In this document: in pieces, positions 57,681-64,000 of the stretch
How positions within the stretch are numbered: the first letter of the stretch is position 1
Layout of the letters: every line of letters starts with the position of its first letter
Origin: a virus
Reading direction: 5' to 3' (one strand)
DNA: 64,000 bases
Virus record (IMG/VR): IMGVR_UViG_3300037132_000276
Span: 28,606-92,605 of that record
Program-made: the position numbers and the translations under genes
Notes under the pieces: generated by a model
Seen by the model: only the letters and a program-made list of their open reading frames with translations
Told to the model about the DNA's origin: nothing
The model's database searches: none

Positions 57681-57929
57681 TTACTTCCCGCTATTAATAA
57701 ATTCTCTTTCCTGCTTTCGGTCTCCGCCATTAATACGGATAATATAGGTTTGGGCGCCGGTGTGTTTTAATCCAGCAGGCATACCATAGCCTGCGGTCGG
57801 TATCGAACTAACTTCAAGGAAGTGATGCCAAGTAATTAAATTTTTCTTATTCTTTTTTAGCGCCTTTAGATCTTTAGTCAAATTATCGATGATCCCGTCT
57901 TTTTCTGCTTTACTAAATATTGCAGTCAT
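57681..57929 (-). CDS. Hypothetical protein
   Basis: 82-aa ORF with GAGG RBS. Confidence 0.5.
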   Translation of the reverse strand: MTAIFSKAEKDGIIDNLTKDLKALKKNKKNLITWHHFLEVSSIPTAGYGMPAGLKHTGAQTYIIRINGGDRKQEREFINSGK

Positions 57930-57950
57930 AATTACCTCGGTCTTCTGATT

Positions 57951-58574
57951 TTATTTAATTCCATCGTCATCCTTTAGCTCTTCAGGAGTTTTTCCAACTC
58001 TGCGTAATTCTCTTCCTTCGACTATTGCCCATGCATAAATCAAACCCTGTTTCTTCCTATTCTTTGGTTTATGGGGATATTGCCTGGCAAAGTTTTCAGC
58101 CCAAACTTCAAAACATTCTTTTAAAGGGATAATACCACAAGGAAACAATTGCATTATTTTCACTTTGAATTCTTTATTTTGACTTCTAAACCCAATTGGG
58201 AAATCTTCTTTTAAAGTTCTTACATAGAGCCACCAACCGCCGAATAACCAACTCCTATTTTCAAAAACCCATATGATGCAGGGTTTTAATTCGGGATAGT
58301 TTTTGTTTAATGTATATTCTAAGTGATCCTTTTGTTCCTTTTTCCGTTTATCAAGAATTTGTTTAAAGGTTATGAACTCGCCATCAACCATCATTGCAAT
58401 TTCTTTTGGCCAATTAAACCCCATGCAATCAGCAAATGATCTCATCATTATACTGTCTCTTCCCGTGCCCCATCCTGCAGGTCTGGCATATCCCGTCATT
58501 CCGGACGTCCTATCGATATTGATCATCATATTGAGCAACTCGTCACATCTTCTAAAGTTCGCGCAACTATCCAA
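57951..58574 (-). CDS. Hypothetical protein
   Basis: About 200-aa Trp-rich ORF coupled to the upstream nuclease gene. Confidence 0.55.
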   Translation of the reverse strand: MDSCANFRRCDELLNMMINIDRTSGMTGYARPAGWGTGRDSIMMRSFADCMGFNWPKEIAMMVDGEFITFKQILDKRKKEQKDHLEYTLNKNYPELKPCIIWVFENRSWLFGGWWLYVRTLKEDFPIGFRSQNKEFKVKIMQLFPCGIIPLKECFEVWAENFARQYPHKPKNRKKQGLIYAWAIVEGRELRRVGKTPEELKDDDGIK

Positions 58575-58882
58575 ACTGCTCCGCGCTTGGTTGCTTCTTC
58601 CCCAAAAACTTGTTGTTCCGGGCTTAATTTATCTGTGGTTTTTACTTCAACATAAAGTCCATAGCCATTCTTGGTAAATCCGCAAATATCTGGGATGCCT
58701 TTCTTCTGTTTGGCATTTTTCCTGAATATTTTCTTTATCGGATCCCAAATTCCTGTATTATTTTGCCTCCAAACAAAATGTCCCTGAAGATTCAAATAGG
58801 TTATAATAGCGTCCGTTAAAGGGTTGGCTGCTTCTTGAACAATCAGCTTATCGTTTACAATTTTGAATCTTCGTTTTGACAT
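58526..58882 (-). CDS. VRR-NUC / PD-(D/E)xK nuclease (resolvase-like)
   Basis: WRQNNTG...KGIPDI...YVEVKT..KLSPEQ..F...G....VAR. Confidence 0.85.
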   Translation of the reverse strand: MSKRRFKIVNDKLIVQEAANPLTDAIITYLNLQGHFVWRQNNTGIWDPIKKIFRKNAKQKKGIPDICGFTKNGYGLYVEVKTTDKLSPEQQVFGEEATKRGAVWIVARTLEDVTSCSI

Positions 58883-58891
58883 CCAACATCT

Positions 58892-59698
58892 TTAATTTAT
58901 TAAATCATAGGTTCCACAAAAACCATTGCATTCAACAAGCGGCTCGGGCATTCTTCCTTTCATCATAGATATATCTTTGATGTGAGGATACTGAGGATGC
59001 GGCAATAGAAATACCAATCCCCCGCCTTTGCTTTGATCTTTAAGAATCGTAACAGGTTTACCGGCAAGATTTGTTAAATCATGTTCAACCATCGCCATAT
59101 CATAAAATTTATCATAAAATTCTTTTTGCATTTTTTGCCAATAACCTATTCCGCCCTGAACGCATCCGGTTTTGAAACAATTATTATTACTAAACCCCCA
59201 TTTGTAAACTCTTGGTATTTCTATTCCACATTTTTGAAGAATATCGACACAGTCAAGCTTAGATAACCCGAAAAGAAGATTCGGAAAGATGGGCTTTGAA
59301 TCGGAATAATTAAGAGCTAAAGAAAAAGCACGTTTTGATTCATTAATATGAAATCCGAACGTCTGATATGAATAAGGATTTGTTTTTTGGAATCTTACTC
59401 TCACTATGCGCTTTAACTCAGATGAACAGATCGCCCCATGAGCAACATTTAGTGATAAAAACTTATACCATACCTTTTTAATATCCTCATAGTCTTCGTT
59501 TGAAATAGATTCAATCGGTTTGTTGTAAAACATTTCACAATCATTTTTAAATCTATATGTGTCCTCATCTTCATTTTTAACATCAATAAAGACAATTCGA
59601 CAATTGTTAAGTCCAAATAATTCGATGGACTTTTTACATGCGATGGCCGAGGTCACCCCTCCACTCCACCAACAAATTATTGGATATTCCAGCGTCAT
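58892..59698 (-). CDS. PAPS-reductase-like (PP-loop) phage protein
   Basis: WWSGGVTSA, EDEDTYRF, GAICSSELK, YKWGFSNNNC..GCVQGG.GYW, ECNGFC. Confidence 0.75.
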   Translation of the reverse strand: MTLEYPIICWWSGGVTSAIACKKSIELFGLNNCRIVFIDVKNEDEDTYRFKNDCEMFYNKPIESISNEDYEDIKKVWYKFLSLNVAHGAICSSELKRIVRVRFQKTNPYSYQTFGFHINESKRAFSLALNYSDSKPIFPNLLFGLSKLDCVDILQKCGIEIPRVYKWGFSNNNCFKTGCVQGGIGYWQKMQKEFYDKFYDMAMVEHDLTNLAGKPVTILKDQSKGGGLVFLLPHPQYPHIKDISMMKGRMPEPLVECNGFCGTYDLIN

Positions 59699-61203
59699 AG
59701 TAATTTCTTTTCAATATGTACGTCTAATCGCTTGTTGGTTAATTCAATGTATTTTTCAGATAATTCAATTCCAACAAAATCACGATTACCTTTTCGCGCA
59801 ACTAATCCCGTGGTTCCCGCTCCAAAGAATGGATCCAGAACTATCGCCGGGCGAACCTCGTCTGTTTTACATTTACATGTTTTCTTCCATCCAATAGTGA
59901 TACGCTGTCTTAATCGCCCATGTTCATGGACATAGTTGATATATAGCAGCTGTAATTCTCTATCATTCGGAAATAATTTTTCAGCTTCATTTCTACTTTC
60001 TTCCCGCTCGTCTTGAATAGTAATCGATCTTTCACTTGCATTGAGGAATAATCCCTCTTCATCAGTGTGATATTTTGCATTATAGGCGCGGGCACCTTGC
60101 CGGCAGGTTGCCAACCTGCCGGCAGTGGAATTTGCTGTATCGTATTTTGTTAAACTGTTTGCTCTTGGGGTTATATCATATTCAGAGCCCCTACTTTTAT
60201 ATTGTTTGTCAGGATTTTTATGATATACAGTTCTCATTTTTTGCCCTTCAACAATTCTTTCATAAGGCTTTCCACAATCGGCACAAACTCCATGCTCGGA
60301 AGTACCGGCAAGTATACACGGCTCAATCAATTCTTCGGGAAATGTTGCAAAGTGGGCTTCTGAATATGGTGTTGTTGAAATATGCCAAACTGATCTTTTA
60401 TTGCGGCCGGCAAATATCTGATCTCCAATAGTAACCGGGTCTTCTCTTATGGCATCATAATCATAGTAATATTTTGGACTTTTAGTAAGCAAGAACATAT
60501 ACTCATGCGCCTTGCTTGTGCGGTCAGTAACGCTCTCCGGCATGGGATTCTTTTTACTCCATATTATATCGCTACGTAAATACCAGCCGTCTTCCTGCAG
60601 CGCAATTGCTACTCGCCAGGGAATACCAATAAGATCTTTTGGTTTGAATATTGGATGTTTGCATTGAGTGTGGCCGTTGGTCCCAAAGTTTTCAGCATTT
60701 CTTTTAGGTCGCTTCATAACTTCGCCCCCCCCACTACCATTTCCGGAACCCCAAAAGCTATCACCAAGATTTAACCATAGTGTGCCGTCTTTTCTCAGCA
60801 CTCTTTTGGCTTCGCGAAAAATGCTTACAAGATGTTGGACGTACAATGCCGGCGTTGGCTCAAGTCCAAGCTGGCCTTTCCAAGCACTACAAATGCTGCA
60901 GAATCCTTGAGTAACGTTTATCGTCGGAACTTCCCCCTGTTTCTTGCCGCCTCCTTTTAAATCTTTGCTATAGTCCTTCAGTCCCTTACCGGTTCGGATT
61001 TCACTTTGCTTGCTTTTAGTTATAAATTCATGTTGACAATCCAAGTTCTCATTTATCCAGATTTGCGGTTCCGTCTTATAGTCCCGGACACCGTAATAGG
61101 GTGGCGAAGTCACCATACAGTGCATGCTTTCTGCGGGAAGTTCTGAAAGCATTTCTTTTGCATTGCCATGTAATATTTGGTTTCGAAATAAATCTATTAT
61201 CAT
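59695..61203 (-). CDS. DNA N4-cytosine/N6-adenine methyltransferase (beta class)
   Basis: VTSPPYYG, LWLNLGD, IIWSKKNPMPES, HFATFP, VLDPFFGAGTT. Confidence 0.92.
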   Translation of the reverse strand: MIIDLFRNQILHGNAKEMLSELPAESMHCMVTSPPYYGVRDYKTEPQIWINENLDCQHEFITKSKQSEIRTGKGLKDYSKDLKGGGKKQGEVPTINVTQGFCSICSAWKGQLGLEPTPALYVQHLVSIFREAKRVLRKDGTLWLNLGDSFWGSGNGSGGGEVMKRPKRNAENFGTNGHTQCKHPIFKPKDLIGIPWRVAIALQEDGWYLRSDIIWSKKNPMPESVTDRTSKAHEYMFLLTKSPKYYYDYDAIREDPVTIGDQIFAGRNKRSVWHISTTPYSEAHFATFPEELIEPCILAGTSEHGVCADCGKPYERIVEGQKMRTVYHKNPDKQYKSRGSEYDITPRANSLTKYDTANSTAGRLATCRQGARAYNAKYHTDEEGLFLNASERSITIQDEREESRNEAEKLFPNDRELQLLYINYVHEHGRLRQRITIGWKKTCKCKTDEVRPAIVLDPFFGAGTTGLVARKGNRDFVGIELSEKYIELTNKRLDVHIEKKLL

Positions 61204-61377
61204 AAGTTTATCTTATTAATGAAACTCGATACATACAAAAGGTTTTATAATCGTTAACTATCTTCATTGAATGTCTTTTAAGAAATCTCTTAAAGTTGCC
61301 TTTAAAGGTTGATGCATATTCATAACTCACATCAATAAATCCCCTGTCTGCAATTTCTTTTCTCATTCCAAGTCCCG

Positions 61378-63360
61378 TCATACCGCAACCCTCACTTTAC
61401 TATCGGTTATGTCAACCGTGGATAACGCTTCAAACATCGCCTTAATAACCGCGGGTGGGACCGCGTTACCGATAAACTTCTTCTGGTCGGCTTGCGTCCC
61501 CTCGAGAATGTAATTCTCTGAAAAACCGGTTATTCTTTTCAGTTCGGGAATTCTAAGCATCCGCATATAGATTGCAATAATCCCATAAACAGCCATGAAT
61601 AATTTTATCTTCTGCATGTATTCGGTATCGGACTCTTCGACCTTAACCGCATAATGTCCGGATTCCGTTTGGATTAAATACGGGTATCTTCTTGAGCTTA
61701 AAAGCGTGGGGGCTGGGTCTTCAATGCTTGTGCCGATGTTGTCATATTGTGTATCCATGATATAGGCTTGAACTAATGAAGGTGGCCGCTTATCCATTTT
61801 ACCTATCAACGTGAAGCAAGGATCATCGACATTCCCGCCTTTGCTTTCATATTGTGGATTGGATAAAAATGAAGCCGTAACAAGATTATATTTGGGATTT
61901 GCAGTAAGTGTATTGCAGGGCTCTTCAATTGATTTTGGTTCACTCTCTCCAAATTGTTGATCGATAAATCTTTCAACTGTAACAAGATTCTTTTTAACAA
62001 CTGGAAGAATCGCTCCAATTGGTTCGTTAACTGATTCATTTTGCTTGCCGCTACCGTGCTGCATATCAATAAAATGTTCAGCTGTTACCAATCCAAGCCT
62101 GTCTTTTGTACTCAATGTGCTGCTGGGTTCTTCTACGCTAAGTAAGTTTTCCCCATGACCATGATATTTAGTTAAGAATTCAGTTTGTACTAAACTCATT
62201 CTTACTTGAGTGGTTATAACTGAGCTTGGTTCATCAATACTTTTACCTTGATTTATTTTAGTGTGCTGATTATTACCCATATACTTTTGAATAAAAGCTT
62301 CTGTTTGAACAATTTCTAAATTTCCTCCGGTTGCGGTTAATGTTCGCGCGGGATCTTCAATACTGCAAATCTTTGATTTTGGATCTCCTGAATTTCTTTG
62401 TTGAATAAATTCAGGCTGTATTAATCCAAATCTATTCATTGTAGTAATAGTATTGGCGGGTTCGTCCATGCTTATAATGCGGTTATCCTTTCCCCATCCA
62501 TTGTATTGCTCAAGGAATGCTTCATCGCCGTGGGCTATATATTTTACAAGTCCTGCATAAATACGCTTATAAGTATTTTCACAAAGGTTTATTTTCCTGC
62601 CAAATATATTTTCACCCTTATCCGTAAAGTCCAGGCATTCTTTTACCGGTTTCCGTTTTGGCAATCCACTTGCCCCTGATTTATCATGTGTGGGTTTTGG
62701 CCAACAAATAGGAAGCCCTTCTTTAGCGAAAAGAATAAATAATCTTTTCCTTGAAGTATGCGCGCCAAAGTCTGCAGCGTTAAGGATCTTTATCTCGTAA
62801 TGGTATCCAAGATTACAAATATCTTTCAACCACTTATTGAAATAAATTCCCTTCTTAGTTTTATCCGGAATCATCATCGGTTTATTGTGCTTATCTAACA
62901 TTGGTTTGTTTTTAACGTCGACCTTCTGGATGAGTGGTCCCCATTCCTTAAACTCCCGTACATTTTCGACTCCGAAATAATCCGGATTCCATTCGATAAG
63001 ATAAATTGGCATATGTTCGGCAAGTGCGCGGCTATCTGCATCGCGGGAAAGTCCGCCTTTGGCATTAGAATGGTTAGTACACTCTAGACTTGCCCAAAGG
63101 AATTTTCTAAGGTTAGGATCCAGCAAATTTATTTTGGGAAGTTTCTTAACATTGAAGGTGCGGATATCCTCGACGAAGTGTTTTACATGCGGATGGTTGC
63201 GCCAATGACTTTCAATTGCTAAATCATCATGATTAATGGCGCAACAAACAGTCGCTATCTTTATTCCATTTACTTCAGCTTGCTCAATGCCGGTTGTTAC
63301 TCCACCGGCACCAGAAAATAAATCAACTACTACAAATTTTAGGATATCGGAATTGTCCAT
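61378..63360 (-). CDS. DNA C5-cytosine methyltransferase with internal repeat array
   Basis: DLFSGAGG, WASLECTNHS (motif IV), VENVREF, NAADFGAHTSRKR, RMLRIPEL, IGNAVPP. Confidence 0.92.
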   Translation of the reverse strand: MDNSDILKFVVVDLFSGAGGVTTGIEQAEVNGIKIATVCCAINHDDLAIESHWRNHPHVKHFVEDIRTFNVKKLPKINLLDPNLRKFLWASLECTNHSNAKGGLSRDADSRALAEHMPIYLIEWNPDYFGVENVREFKEWGPLIQKVDVKNKPMLDKHNKPMMIPDKTKKGIYFNKWLKDICNLGYHYEIKILNAADFGAHTSRKRLFILFAKEGLPICWPKPTHDKSGASGLPKRKPVKECLDFTDKGENIFGRKINLCENTYKRIYAGLVKYIAHGDEAFLEQYNGWGKDNRIISMDEPANTITTMNRFGLIQPEFIQQRNSGDPKSKICSIEDPARTLTATGGNLEIVQTEAFIQKYMGNNQHTKINQGKSIDEPSSVITTQVRMSLVQTEFLTKYHGHGENLLSVEEPSSTLSTKDRLGLVTAEHFIDMQHGSGKQNESVNEPIGAILPVVKKNLVTVERFIDQQFGESEPKSIEEPCNTLTANPKYNLVTASFLSNPQYESKGGNVDDPCFTLIGKMDKRPPSLVQAYIMDTQYDNIGTSIEDPAPTLLSSRRYPYLIQTESGHYAVKVEESDTEYMQKIKLFMAVYGIIAIYMRMLRIPELKRITGFSENYILEGTQADQKKFIGNAVPPAVIKAMFEALSTVDITDSKVRVAV

Positions 63361-63361
63361 A

Positions 63362-64000
63362 TCATTGTCCCGCCGCTATCTTTTCTTTCCCGTTCCTATC
63401 GCATTCATAAAGGACTTTACCTTCACGAAAAGCAATCTTGTGTGGATAACTCTGTTTTTCCGGCCATTCATACGTTTCTTTTCGCAATACTTCAATCGCT
63501 ATATATTTATCACCCGGGGTGCTTCTGAATTCATCAGCAAAATAAGGTCTGCCACAAGCGTGAAATTTACCGGCTCCGCATTCTTGCTCTTTGGGAGCCC
63601 ATGCGGGATGCGTGACGGTGATCCCAATGGTCCACAAAGTTTCGTTCGGCGTTCCTTCCTGAGTTTTAAAATCTTTGCTTACTCTTTTATAAACGATAAC
63701 AGATTTTGTTTTCTCTATGCCGTGTCTATCCCAAAAATCTTGCGGGACAATTTCTCTGATAAGTACTGTTTTTGATTTCTTTTTAATGGAGAATTTTAAT
63801 CCTTTGGGTTTGAGAAGAATTGAAAAACCAAATAGCTCTATTTTGGCATTAACATTTAATTCAACGGCCCGAATAATGCTGTTTTCCCAACTCACGATTG
63901 ACGGGCTGCTGTTTCCCCAACTCACGATTGACGGGCTGCTGTTTTCCCTACTCTCGATTGACGGGCTGCTGTTTCCCCAACTCACGATTGACGGGCTGCT
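63362..64000 (-). CDS. Phage protein with N-terminal 10-aa tandem repeats (5' end outside window)
   Basis: Frame open to the edge; repeats SWGNSSPSIV/SRENSSPSIE; C-domain VYKRVS...ECGAGKFHAC. Confidence 0.7.
   Translation of the reverse strand, partial: SSPSIVSWGNSSPSIESRENSSPSIVSWGNSSPSIVSWENSIIRAVELNVNAKIELFGFSILLKPKGLKFSIKKKSKTVLIREIVPQDFWDRHGIEKTKSVIVYKRVSKDFKTQEGTPNETLWTIGITVTHPAWAPKEQECGAGKFHACGRPYFADEFRSTPGDKYIAIEVLRKETYEWPEKQSYPHKIAFREGKVLYECDRNGKEKIAAGQ
63871..64000. repeat. 30-bp coding tandem repeat
   Basis: ACGGGCTGCTGTTTCCCCAACTCACGATTG units at 63901, 63931 (variant), 63961, 63991 (partial), plus a degenerate copy at 63871. Confidence 0.9.

Larger units (their letters stand above)
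1..64000. mobile_element. Temperate contractile-tailed phage genome segment (SPO1/Twort-like virion module), apparently unintegrated form containing attP
   Basis: Integrase, repressor and attP plus portal, protease, capsid, sheath, tube, tape measure and baseplate J; no host housekeeping genes; phage genes on both sides of the tRNA-like att core. Confidence 0.95.

Noticed and set aside
51101-63775. Longer + strand ORFs such as 51101-51544, 55097-55480 and 63236-63775
   Set aside because: Antisense to well-supported - strand genes with no recognisable motifs
63871-64000. CRISPR array
   Set aside because: Repeats are contiguous with no spacers, are a multiple of 3 and lie in an open frame; no cas genes
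1-64000. Stop-codon recoding
   Set aside because: Standard-code ORFs tile the window densely, including 1-2 kaa proteins; the one conspicuous gap is explained by a frameshift

Overview
The window is a 64-kb stretch of an AT-rich temperate myovirus genome. It looks like the free or excised form, because an intact attP sits between the integrase and the tail genes; its core is the 3' half of a tRNA-Glu. Left (+ strand): a lysogeny module with an HTH repressor divergent from a perfect sigma70 promoter, a secreted TPR protein, a large-serine-recombinase-like protein lacking its catalytic domain, and a tyrosine integrase. The rest reads on the - strand: DNA-modification and nuclease genes, then a SPO1/Twort-like virion module (portal, prohead protease, major capsid, neck, sheath, tube, frameshifted tail chaperone, tape measure, baseplate, fibres) and lysis genes. 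A complete diversity-generating retroelement (target-VR, hairpin, avd, TR, RT) diversifies a receptor-binding protein; all 17 TR/VR mismatches are at TR adenines. Three giant polyvalent proteins (InPase-MTase-SNF2, JAB-Zeta kinase, ParB-like) sit among the head genes. They share hydrophobic-x-K/[SA] sites with the protease and capsid, and several sites are followed by a Q-x-x-[LMI]-F motif, suggesting packaged polyproteins cut into injected effectors. A conserved late-promoter motif precedes four structural operons. No terminase or replication gene is visible in the window. The host cannot be determined; FCB-group (Ignavibacteriota/Bacteroidota-like) is only a guess from signal-peptide style.
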